DNA from: an uncultured Clostridia bacterium
GTDB lineage: Bacteria; Acidobacteriota; Blastocatellia; UBA7656
NCBI GenBank assembly: GCA_964468725.1
Contig: CAYXVU010000002.1
Coordinates: 993 to 64,992 of the forward strand
DNA length: 64,000 nucleotides
Reading direction: 5' to 3'
Shown here: positions 20,798 through 29,606 of the stretch, piece after piece
Layout of the letters: every line of letters begins with the position of its first letter
Position numbering within the stretch: the first letter of the stretch is position 1
Notes under the pieces: generated by a model
Seen by the model: the letters and a program-made list of their open reading frames with translations, nothing else
Told to the model about the DNA's origin: nothing
Databases searched by the model: none
Made by a program: the position numbers and the translations under genes

Positions 20798-20846
20798 CTT
20801 CAACTTCTCATTTTCAACCTCTAACCTTCAACCCTTGACCTTTGAA
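20798..20846 (+). promoter_or_regulatory. Three direct repeats of TTCAAC(C) at about 14-15 bp spacing, upstream of 20877
   Basis: CTTCAACttctcatTTTCAACCtctaaccTTCAACCcttgacc. This is a possible regulator binding array. Confidence 0.3.
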
Positions 20847-20876
20847 TAAAACCGGAAATCGGATAACCGAGGTGGC

Positions 20877-21665
20877 ATGACAGATCTGTTTGAGAGCATC
20901 GGCTTTGATGTGCCGGATGACGAAGCGTATGAATTTTTAGCGCGGTGCGCCGATTCGCGCGGCTCGCTGCATCAGGTGACGCGCGATGATATTTGTCTGC
21001 GCGGCAAGTGTTGGAAGATCAGCGAAGGGGTTGAAATCTGGTCGGTAGATTATGAAAAAGCTGGCACCGTCTATTATTCCGAGTGTCGCCCCGCCTTTCG
21101 AGGCAAGTATGTTTATCATCTCGAACCGTGGGAACTGGTCGAGTATGACGAAGACGGCGGCGCCATCCTGCGAGGTGTAATCGGACAAGGCGCACAAGTC
21201 TCCTTTGAACTACAGAATCTCTCCGAACTCGGCCTCGAACGCTTTCACGAGCCCCATCTGCACGTCTCGATGGCCGGACTGGCACGCAGCATCGCTGTGC
21301 AGGCGGCGGGCGAAGGTCCACCCGCAGGATTCGTACTGGCTGAGACGTTGCCCGAATACGCCAGCGAAGCCTGCGAAACCGATTTTTTGATCAGCGGACA
21401 GGTCTTGGCACGACGCGAAATTCATAACCCCTTTACCGAGAACTTGCTCACTTGGCTGTATGTGGATGTCGGCGAGATGGGGCTTGAGGTCTTGGTCAAC
21501 TCGCAAGTCATCGAAAGACCGATCCGCATCGGTGGTCACATTACGGCGGAGATTTGGTTGCAAGGACACATCTTGGAAGTCGAAGAAGTCTACGCGCGTT
21601 ATGAAGGGGTAGACCGCGAATTTCAGACCAGCGATTTTTGGGTTGGCCTTAAACGTGATAATTGA
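20877..21665 (+). CDS. Hypothetical cytoplasmic protein
   Basis: An ORF with coding-like composition. No family was recognised. Confidence 0.5.
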   Translation: MTDLFESIGFDVPDDEAYEFLARCADSRGSLHQVTRDDICLRGKCWKISEGVEIWSVDYEKAGTVYYSECRPAFRGKYVYHLEPWELVEYDEDGGAILRGVIGQGAQVSFELQNLSELGLERFHEPHLHVSMAGLARSIAVQAAGEGPPAGFVLAETLPEYASEACETDFLISGQVLARREIHNPFTENLLTWLYVDVGEMGLEVLVNSQVIERPIRIGGHITAEIWLQGHILEVEEVYARYEGVDREFQTSDFWVGLKRDN

Positions 21666-21673
21666 ACTTCAGC

Positions 21674-21715
21674 GTCAAATTGATTGAATCGGTAAGCCGG
21701 TTAAATCAATTTGAC
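21674..21715. promoter_or_regulatory. Perfect 12-bp inverted repeat (GTCAAATTGATT / AATCAATTTGAC) with an 18-nt spacer
   Basis: It was read directly. It lies immediately after the stop of 20877..21665. It could be an operator or a stem-loop. Confidence 0.4.
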
Positions 21716-21998
21716 AGTCAAAGCTCGCAACCGGTCGGTCAACCACCCCTCCTTACACATTTTATTCCAACTCTTACACCAGTTAGCCCTGCTCCATCCA
21801 GCCTTTCGCAAGCGGCACAAGTATTGATTAGAAAGCGCAGCACCCGGTGACGGCTTTTTGTAATTCTTGAAGTGCAGCGTTTTTCGCTTGGAGGCGACCG
21901 CAACCTGCCGGAGCGCGGCGCAGAAATCACATAGATCGTGCGGAGAGACGGTTTCGCCGTTGCACCCTGCCGAAATTCGCTGAAGGAATCCATAACGC

Positions 21999-23906
21999 GT
22001 GAAGCAGCTTCTGAAAAACGGAGGATTCGGCTGGCTGATTGCCTTGATAGGCTGTTTGCTGCTCGGTTATGCCCTGCACGCGCTCGTGGGCAGCCTAGCC
22101 GACCGCATCGTCTTTCTGTTGGCTCTCGCGCTGCTGGGAGCAGCGGCTTACCATCTCGTCTACGAAAAGTTCCGCCAGACCCGCGCGCGCATAGCCGCGC
22201 TCACCCAGTTGCGCTTTGCCACCATCGAATCGCTTTCGTCGGCCATTGATGCGCGCGACCCACTGACCAGCGGACACATCCAGCGGGTTCGGCAACTGGT
22301 AGAAGGATTGGCGCGCGCCGTCGCCTACCCGCAAGATCAATTGCAAGGGCTCATCGAAGCGGCGCTCCTGCACGACATCGGCAAATTGGCTGTGCCGGAA
22401 CACATCCTCAGCAAGCCGGGGCGCTTGAGCATCTCCGAATACGCCAAAGTGAAGATTCATCCGGCTATCGGCGCGGATATTTTGAGCGCCATCGAGTTCC
22501 CTTATGAACTCGTCCCCATCGTCAAACACCATCACGAACGCTTCGACGGCAAAGGCTACCCGATTGGCCTCAAAGGGGAAGAAATCCCACTGGGGGCGCG
22601 TATCCTGAGCATCGTGGATTGTTATGAAGCGCTGACCACCGACCGCCCTTATCGCCCGCGTTACGGGCGCGAGCAAGCCCTAGAGATCATGCGCATCGAA
22701 GCCGGACGGGCTTTCGACCCGACGCTCTTGAAAAAGTTTTTTGAGATCGTCAATACCATAGACCTGCCTGCGCCGCTCAGCCCAGCCCGACCCGCGCCGC
22801 CGGTGAACGCTGGTTTGCAAGGCTTGCAGGTGGCCGATCATCAGCCCTTATCCTATCGCCAGACGCGCACCGAGAAGGCCCTGCGCGACATCGCCGCCGC
22901 GCAACAGGAGATTTACTCGCTTTATGAGATCAGCCAGACGCTCGGTTCGACGCTGAAGCTGGCAGAGATTTTGCCCATTATCGCTGCCAAGTTGGAGAAT
23001 ATCACAGACTTTACGACGCTGGTCATTTCGCTGACGGACGATGAACGTTTGAGGGCAGCCTGCTGTAAAGGTCGGCACGCCGAAGCCTTAAAAGAAGCCG
23101 AGTTCAAGCGCGGCGAGGGGGCAATCGGCTGGGTGGTCAAACATCGTCAAACGCTCGTCGGCGGGCATCCGCAAACTGAACTGGAGCCGCTCATTGGGCA
23201 GCCGCAGGCAGCTCTCTATCACTCGATGGCCATCTTGCCGCTGCTGCGCGGCCCGTGTCTGATCGGCGTGTTGGCGCTCTATTCGGAGGCCGATCACGGC
23301 TATTCTGCTGATGAAGTGCGGTTGTTGGAGATTGTCGCCCACCATGCCGCTATCGCACTCGATAATGCGCTGGCCTTCGAGCGCACCCGCGAATCGGCGC
23401 TGACCGATAACCTCACCGGTCTGCCGAACTCACGCTATCTCTACAGCCTCTTTGACCAAGAACGTAGCCGTGCCGAGCGTCACGGTTATAGCCTCGCCCT
23501 GTTAATGATGGACCTTGACGACTTCAAGAAAGTCAACGACACCTACGGCCATGCGACGGGCGATGCGGTGTTGCGCCACATTGTTCAATTAGCGCGCGTG
23601 CAACTGCGTTCCGGCGATGTCTTGGTGCGTTATGCCGGTGATGAGTTTGTCATTTTGTTGCACCGCGCCTCGCCGGAAACCGCTTGGGAGTTGAAAGATC
23701 GGCTGCAATCGGCCATTGACGGATTTGTTTACGATGTTCGTCCCGGACGGCAAGCTCGCGTCGGAGTTTCGATTGGCTATGCTTCCTACGGGCCGGACGG
23801 TTATTCAATCAATGAGCTAATGGAGGTGGCCGACCAACGAATGTATGAAGATAAAATTGCGCGCAAAAGCGGTGCACTATCGCTTTATGCAGCACAGATG
23901 AAATGA
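21999..23906 (+). CDS. Multidomain c-di-GMP signalling protein with TM N-terminus, HD-GYP phosphodiesterase, GAF and a GGDEF-type cyclase
   Basis: HD...HDIGK and HHERFDGKGYP (HD-GYP). The cyclase core is RYAGDEFVILL, an A-G-D-E-F variant. It uses a GTG start. Confidence 0.7.
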   Translation: MKQLLKNGGFGWLIALIGCLLLGYALHALVGSLADRIVFLLALALLGAAAYHLVYEKFRQTRARIAALTQLRFATIESLSSAIDARDPLTSGHIQRVRQLVEGLARAVAYPQDQLQGLIEAALLHDIGKLAVPEHILSKPGRLSISEYAKVKIHPAIGADILSAIEFPYELVPIVKHHHERFDGKGYPIGLKGEEIPLGARILSIVDCYEALTTDRPYRPRYGREQALEIMRIEAGRAFDPTLLKKFFEIVNTIDLPAPLSPARPAPPVNAGLQGLQVADHQPLSYRQTRTEKALRDIAAAQQEIYSLYEISQTLGSTLKLAEILPIIAAKLENITDFTTLVISLTDDERLRAACCKGRHAEALKEAEFKRGEGAIGWVVKHRQTLVGGHPQTELEPLIGQPQAALYHSMAILPLLRGPCLIGVLALYSEADHGYSADEVRLLEIVAHHAAIALDNALAFERTRESALTDNLTGLPNSRYLYSLFDQERSRAERHGYSLALLMMDLDDFKKVNDTYGHATGDAVLRHIVQLARVQLRSGDVLVRYAGDEFVILLHRASPETAWELKDRLQSAIDGFVYDVRPGRQARVGVSIGYASYGPDGYSINELMEVADQRMYEDKIARKSGALSLYAAQMK

Positions 23907-23915
23907 GAGGAACCA

Positions 23916-24269
23916 ATGACCATTCTTACCGCAACCGACGGAGAGTTTGACTACGAATTTTCACCCTCACCGACCAGTACCGCTGCTGCCGGAGAAGGCC
24001 ACAAAGTCTTCGATCAGATGGCCGAAGCGCTTGAAGACGAAGCCGCCGTCTTGCGCATGCGCGCTGCCTTCATTGAAGACGAAGAGGAGACGCTCAACCA
24101 TAAACTCGAAGCCCACATGACCACCATGATGCGCTTGCAGATGCGTATGGAAAGCTTGCACGGCGAGCGCCAAGGATTGATTGAAAAAGTCGAAGCCTTG
24201 CATGCGGAGGCGCTCTCTCTGCGCCACGATCTGCACGCTGCCGCCTGCGCCGCAGGAGCGCGCGGCTGA
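23916..24269 (+). CDS. Small coiled-coil hypothetical protein
   Basis: Its start lies 10 nt after the upstream stop. Heptad-like LEAHMTTMMRLQMRMESLHGERQGLIEKVEALHAEALSL. Confidence 0.45.
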   Translation: MTILTATDGEFDYEFSPSPTSTAAAGEGHKVFDQMAEALEDEAAVLRMRAAFIEDEEETLNHKLEAHMTTMMRLQMRMESLHGERQGLIEKVEALHAEALSLRHDLHAAACAAGARG

Positions 24270-24566
24270 GCCGCCCGCTCGATCCTAAGCCGATACGAAG
24301 CTCGACTTGCCTGATGCTTAGGCGCAAGTCGCAACAACCCTGCGCCCTGACCAACTCGATGCCGCTTTGTCATAGACCGCCTGTTTTGACAAGGCTGAGT
24401 ACTAGTACCGAGTTGCGAATCAATCTGAGAAGGTTGAAAAGCGGTCTCTGACCGTCTCTCTGACATTGGGCAACGGCGGTCAAAGACCGCCTCTCAACGG
24501 CGTTTTCTCATTTTGTTGAGCAATTTGGTATAAGGCTTGAGGCGATTGCCTGAAGCGAAAGAGGGA

Positions 24567-24788
24567 ATTATGGCTTCATCCTCAGGGGGGAAAACGGAGC
24601 GCCGAAGCGGGCGCGAACGCCGCCAGCGCGAACGTCGTCATTCGATGCGGTATGCTTCGGACACGGTCATCATCGTTTCCGGCATCACCTGGGTGGATAA
24701 TGAAGGCACAGACCGGCGGCGGCGCGTGCGTCGTCGCGCCGACCGCGAAGCCCTCGCAGAGAAGATCATCAAAGGCTCGTTCGAATAA
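24567..24788 (+). CDS. Small Arg-rich hypothetical protein
   Basis: AGAGGGAA is an RBS-like sequence before the ATG. RRSGRERRQRERR...RRRRVRRR. It could equally be a chance ORF in GC-rich DNA. Confidence 0.25.
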   Translation: MMASSSGGKTERRSGRERRQRERRHSMRYASDTVIIVSGITWVDNEGTDRRRRVRRRADREALAEKIIKGSFE

Positions 24789-24946
24789 ACCTCACGGCTG
24801 CCGAACCGGATGCCTCGACGCCTCCCCAACGAAGATGCGTGCCGATGGGTTTGCCTGTCGGCTCGCGCTCGGTTGATCGGGCTTTTGGGCTTCTCACCCT
24901 TCGCCGAAGATTACTGAAGAGAGCGATAAGAGAATCGTGGCTGCCC

Positions 24947-27900
24947 TTACGAAACGCTGAGGCTGGTCGTGCTTTGCCTGACGGTTCGTATGGCTGTGAG
25001 CAGATCATCACGGCCAAACTCACCTTTCTGAATGAGGATAATTCTGCCGGTATCAAGCGCCAAACGCTCTTCGCGTGTGAGGTCGGCAGCGGTGACCAAA
25101 ACAATGGGTAACGCCTTCCCGCGCGCGCTGGCTGCCAAGCGATGGACAAATTCAAAGCCGTCCATTTCCGGCAACATCAAATCCAAGACGACCACATCGG
25201 GCTGAAATCGCTCCACCTCCTCAAGCGCCTGTTCCCCATCGCTTGCCGTGTGAACGGCTGCCGCATGGCCATCCAGCATAGTTACCAACAAGGTGAGGGT
25301 ATCCGGGTCATCTTCGACGACTAGCACGCGCTGAAATTCCGCTGCTCGCTCCGGGTTGAGCGCTTTGATAAGCGCCTCTCGGGTGAGCGGTTTGACGATA
25401 AACGCCGAGGCTCCGGCTTTGATTGCCGGTAATTCGTCGCTTGCATTGGACGAAATCGCGATCACTGGCTGGGCGGCGTTATGCGCGCGGATGCGCCGAA
25501 TCCCCTCCTGGCTCTTGACGATGGAATCGAGGTCGAAGACGATGGCGCGCGGTTCTGCCATCAGGGCAATCTCTACGCCGCTGACCCCATCCTTTGCTGC
25601 GGCGACGGCGTACCCGACTTCGGCTAAATACTTTTTGATGACATAGAAGGCTGAGGCATCGTTTGAAACGATCAACGCCGTATGTTCGGTATCGGCAAAC
25701 GCCAAGTCCGAGGCGTTGGTGCGAGCTTCTACGGCAAGCGGTAGGGTGACGGTAAACTGCGATCCTTGACCGGGCTGGCTGGTGACGGAAATTTCGCCGC
25801 CGAGCAATTGCACCAAGCGTTTAGTGATGGCCAGCCCCAACCCCGTGCCGGTGCGCTGCGCCCGATTTTGGTTGTCCGCTTGGCGGAACTCTTCGAATAT
25901 CTTCTCCAGATCGCTCGGCGCGATGCCGATGCCGGTGTCCGAGACGGAGATTTGCACCCCCTCTTCTCCCAGTTTGGCAGCCGTGACTTTGACTTCACCG
26001 GCGCGGGTGAATTTGAGGGCGTTAGAGAGCAGATTGAAGAGAATCTGTTGCAATCGGGTCTTATCGGTTTGCAGAGCGGGCAAGTCATTGGCCAGGTCTG
26101 TCCGCAGCGGAACCGGGCAGGCTTCTCTAATCCCTTCCAGCGCTCGCAAGGACGCCTGAATAATCTCGCGGACATCCATCTCTTCAACCTGTAACTCCAG
26201 GCGACCGGCATCCATCTTCGAAAGATCGAGCAGGTTATTGATGAAGGCCAGCAACTCGCGGGCATTGCGCGCCACCCGTTCCAGATTGCTTTGTTGAGCT
26301 TCGGCCAGCCGCAGCGCCGGGTCATCAAGCAGCAGGGAGGTGAAGCCGATAATGGCGTTCATAGGGGTTCGCAATTCGTGCGCGAGGTTTGCCATAAACT
26401 GCGATTTGCGACGGCTCTCGACAGCTAGTTGGCGATTCTGCTCGCGCAACAATTGATTGTATTGCGCGGTTTCCGCCTGCTCTTGTCCGGCTTCGTACAG
26501 AGCGGTCAGGCTGGCCTCCATTTGGACAATCTGCGCTTGAATGCTTTGCACTTCGCTGTGGAGATCGGCATTGAGCGTGTGCAGGCGGTCGCGCTCTTTC
26601 GCCAGTACGGCGTTTTGTTCCGCCGCTTTGCGATTGGCCTCGACTAATTGCTGATGGCCGTCCTGCCCGCGCGCGAGGGCTTCATCAAGGTGGAGAATCT
26701 TTTCCTGTAAAGCGGCGAGGACGGTCTTTTGGTAGCTGTTCTCTTCGGTCGCGCTCACCAGTTGTTGCTCAAGTTCGAGGCGGATCTCTTCGAGCTTCGC
26801 TTTGCTCTCGTCCTTGACCCGCAAGGTGCTTTGCAGATCATCGAGGCTCTCGCTTAAGGTGGCATTCTGCTCGCGCAGCCGCTGATTTTCATCAGCGAGA
26901 AAGGACTGGCGATTCTGCACGGTTTGCGAACTCTCTTGCAGATTGAAGAGTTCCTCTTCGCGGCTCTCGATTTCGCTTCTCAGGGCTTCGATTTCACGCT
27001 CACGGTCGCTCAAACGCGAGTTGGCTGCTTCGATACGGTGGCCGTTTTTTGCAGCCTCCATCTCCAAGATATCAATGCGTGCGTTGAGCGCAGACTTCTC
27101 CTCTTCGAGTTGCTGGCGGAAGGCAGCCGCCTGCATCAGGGCCTCCGCCGCTGCGCGTTCCCGTTCTTGATATTGGAGGGTGAGTTGATGAAGTTGATCT
27201 TTGAGGTCGCGGTGTTTCTCTTCGAGTTGGATGGTTTGTTGCAAGACTTCGTTATCGGCTTGCAGCAATTTGTCGCGTTCCATCTGGGTCTGCACGACCT
27301 CGCGCGTCAACTGCGCGACGGCGGCCTGCAATTCAGTTTCGCGGTAGCTGGATGAGCGTTCTAGAGCCGCGAGCTTTTCCGTCTCTTTTTCCAAACGGGT
27401 GCGAAACAATTCACACCGCGAATTCAATTCAGCAACCCGAATGGCGGCGCTGGCTGCCGGAGCCAGCCGTCCCAAGGCAATGGCTTCCACCGCTTCGATG
27501 GCGCGGTGATTGAAGACGCCGATCAAGCCAATCGTACCGCTGGCGCCGCGCAGCGGATAGAGCAAGTAGGTATCGCGGCTATCGCCCGGTGCGCCATGTT
27601 GTAGGCCGAAGAGTTTATTGCTGGTGCCATGGGCCTCGTTGAAATCGAAGGTTCCGCCGCGCGCGATCAGTGAGGCATTCAAAATGGCCATTGGAATGCG
27701 CGGATACTCTTTGTCGAGGGCAGCGCCGCTGACCGCCGACAGATGTAGACACATCTGCCGGTTGCCGCAACTGTCAGCCAGCGGACAGCTTTCACAGATA
27801 TCGCCGCGTTTGACCACCCAGATTTTGCAGGTCGGCGCTTCCATATCAGCAGCGATCTGCTCGGCAACCAAGGTGAGCGCGCGATCCAGATTGGCGTTGC

Positions 27901-28045
27901 GTGCGATCTCTTCGAATACATCGCGGATTTGTTCTTCTCTTGCTGTGTCCATGGCGTATTGCAGGGAATCAAGCGATCTGTCTTCAGTTGCGAGGGCTGC
28001 CTGCCGAGTCAGGCTGATTCTAACCTTACTCGAAATCAGCGTCAA
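24947..28045 (-). CDS. Hybrid sensor histidine kinase with an N-terminal Cys-rich GAF, a long coiled coil, HisKA plus HATPase_c, and C-terminal receiver domains
   Basis: H-box HELRTPMNAI; G-boxes; at least two REC domains (DLMLPEMDGFEF). The start is uncertain between TTG at 28045 and ATG at 27952. Confidence 0.75.
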   Translation of the reverse strand: MTLISSKVRISLTRQAALATEDRSLDSLQYAMDTAREEQIRDVFEEIARNANLDRALTLVAEQIAADMEAPTCKIWVVKRGDICESCPLADSCGNRQMCLHLSAVSGAALDKEYPRIPMAILNASLIARGGTFDFNEAHGTSNKLFGLQHGAPGDSRDTYLLYPLRGASGTIGLIGVFNHRAIEAVEAIALGRLAPAASAAIRVAELNSRCELFRTRLEKETEKLAALERSSSYRETELQAAVAQLTREVVQTQMERDKLLQADNEVLQQTIQLEEKHRDLKDQLHQLTLQYQERERAAAEALMQAAAFRQQLEEEKSALNARIDILEMEAAKNGHRIEAANSRLSDREREIEALRSEIESREEELFNLQESSQTVQNRQSFLADENQRLREQNATLSESLDDLQSTLRVKDESKAKLEEIRLELEQQLVSATEENSYQKTVLAALQEKILHLDEALARGQDGHQQLVEANRKAAEQNAVLAKERDRLHTLNADLHSEVQSIQAQIVQMEASLTALYEAGQEQAETAQYNQLLREQNRQLAVESRRKSQFMANLAHELRTPMNAIIGFTSLLLDDPALRLAEAQQSNLERVARNARELLAFINNLLDLSKMDAGRLELQVEEMDVREIIQASLRALEGIREACPVPLRTDLANDLPALQTDKTRLQQILFNLLSNALKFTRAGEVKVTAAKLGEEGVQISVSDTGIGIAPSDLEKIFEEFRQADNQNRAQRTGTGLGLAITKRLVQLLGGEISVTSQPGQGSQFTVTLPLAVEARTNASDLAFADTEHTALIVSNDASAFYVIKKYLAEVGYAVAAAKDGVSGVEIALMAEPRAIVFDLDSIVKSQEGIRRIRAHNAAQPVIAISSNASDELPAIKAGASAFIVKPLTREALIKALNPERAAEFQRVLVVEDDPDTLTLLVTMLDGHAAAVHTASDGEQALEEVERFQPDVVVLDLMLPEMDGFEFVHRLAASARGKALPIVLVTAADLTREERLALDTGRIILIQKGEFGRDDLLTAIRTVRQSTTSLSVS

Positions 28046-28284
28046 TTATTGATGGTAGTCCGAGCGCAGTCGAAGGCCTTGTGAGTTCGGACTTGGCAAG
28101 ATAAACTTGTCGCTGGTCATGAGCAGATCAAGCGGCGCAAAAAAGACGAAGCGACTCTCAAGCGAGCCTTAATCCGAACGAGTTTGGTCAGCAGCAAAGA
28201 ACCGGAGACGACCGTCGTCATCTCTGGCCGGGTCGCTTTAAGCCGCGCGAGCATAGCTCGATGCCACAACCGATGGTGAGCCTT

Positions 28285-28758
28285 ATGGCAGAAGAGATTA
28301 AACAAAAGATTCAAGACGAGCTACGACAGTTGGAAGCCGAATTGCGAACCGAATTGCCGCAAGAACTCAAGAAGGCGGTTGCGATGGGCGACCTCTCCGA
28401 AAACGCCGAATATGAGGCAGCGCGCAACCGCCAGGACTATGTGCGCGCCCGGATCGCCAGTTTGCGCCAGCGACTAGCCGATCTGGCTATGCTGGATACC
28501 TCGCGCCTGCCAACCGACCGCGTGGCCTATGGTTCGACTGTCGAATTATATGACCTCGATGCGCAAGAGGAGATCACTTACATCTTAGTGATGGCCGAAG
28601 ACGCCGATGTTTCGAAAGGGAAGATCTCTACCACCTCCCCCATCGGGCGCGGGTTGATGGGCAAGGAAGAGGGCGAGGAGGTCGAAATCATCACTCCCAA
28701 CGGCAAGCGTCGCTTCGAAATCGTCAAGCTTCTGACCATCCATGATAGCCAGCGGTGA
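28285..28758 (+). CDS. greA: Transcription elongation factor GreA
   Basis: GDLSENAEYEAAR plus a C-terminal FKBP-like domain. The start was chosen at MAEEIK for a 157-aa product. Confidence 0.8.
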   Translation: MAEEIKQKIQDELRQLEAELRTELPQELKKAVAMGDLSENAEYEAARNRQDYVRARIASLRQRLADLAMLDTSRLPTDRVAYGSTVELYDLDAQEEITYILVMAEDADVSKGKISTTSPIGRGLMGKEEGEEVEIITPNGKRRFEIVKLLTIHDSQR

Positions 28759-28871
28759 GGCATACTTTTGCGCCCCGATTGCATCCATTGACCTGCGTCT
28801 TGACAAGGGAAAAGGCGTTTGCGATAGTAGCGCGTCGGTGGCGCGTTTAGGCCGAAAATAGGAGTCCCGTA

Positions 28872-29582
28872 ATGATTAGTGAGGCCATCGGGTCAGGGGC
28901 AAAACGTATCCTCGACGCCATCGTGCGCGGGCTGGCGCGCAAGAGCATCAACCCGAATGCGCTGACGTTCTTCGGCCTGTTGATCAACCTCGGCTGCGGC
29001 ATGCTCTACGGTTATGGTCGATTCTTCGCCGCCGGTTGGTTGCTCATCTTCGCCGCGATCTTTGATATGCTTGACGGGCGGGTAGCGCGCCTGCGCGGGC
29101 GGGTAACCCGTTTCGGCGCTTTCTTCGATTCCGTATTGGATCGCTATTCGGACATCGTTGTCTATGTCGGTATTATGGTCTTTTATGCGCGCGACACCGC
29201 CGCACACTCGGCGCTGTTGGTAGCGTTGACCGGGTTGGCGTTGGTCGGTTCGGTTTTAGTCAGCTATTCACGGGCGCGAGCCGAATCGCTGGCCATTGCC
29301 TGCAAAGTGGGATTTTTGGAGCGCCCCGAACGTATGGTGTTGTTGATTATTGCGTCGCTCACTTCGATTGGGCCGACGAGCAGTCCGTTCTTATACAAGA
29401 TGCCGCAGGTTCTGTGGGTGTTGGCGATACTCTCTCACTGGACCGTCGTGCATCGCATTTATCATACTTGGCGCGAACTGCGAGAACCGGATCGCGCTGC
29501 CATCGAGACGGCACGGGCGGAGAAACAAGAAGCCGCAAGAAACGAAGCCCTCATGCGAGCCGACTACTCTGTGCAGAATTGA
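28872..29582 (+). CDS. CDP-alcohol phosphatidyltransferase family protein
   Basis: Motif DMLDGRVAR...G...DSVLDR, and it is multi-TM. Confidence 0.65.
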   Translation: MISEAIGSGAKRILDAIVRGLARKSINPNALTFFGLLINLGCGMLYGYGRFFAAGWLLIFAAIFDMLDGRVARLRGRVTRFGAFFDSVLDRYSDIVVYVGIMVFYARDTAAHSALLVALTGLALVGSVLVSYSRARAESLAIACKVGFLERPERMVLLIIASLTSIGPTSSPFLYKMPQVLWVLAILSHWTVVHRIYHTWRELREPDRAAIETARAEKQEAARNEALMRADYSVQN

Positions 29583-29606
29583 GAGTAGCGGGGAGGAGAA
29601 AAGAAA

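Noticed and set aside
22095-22676. Long antisense ORFs. This one and 31503..32027, 34799..35473, 35483..36115, 42088..42885, 43101..43949, 45268..46200, 45878..46570, 46922..47542, 49704..50621, 52844..53755 and 53884..54543.
   Set aside because: All are opposite well-supported CDSs with recognisable domains. Stop-codon-poor antisense frames are expected at about 60% GC.
25729-26328. A 199-aa minus-strand ORF inside the hybrid kinase gene
   Set aside because: It is an alternative frame of the same strand region. The kinase frame has clear H-box and G-box motifs, and this one has none.
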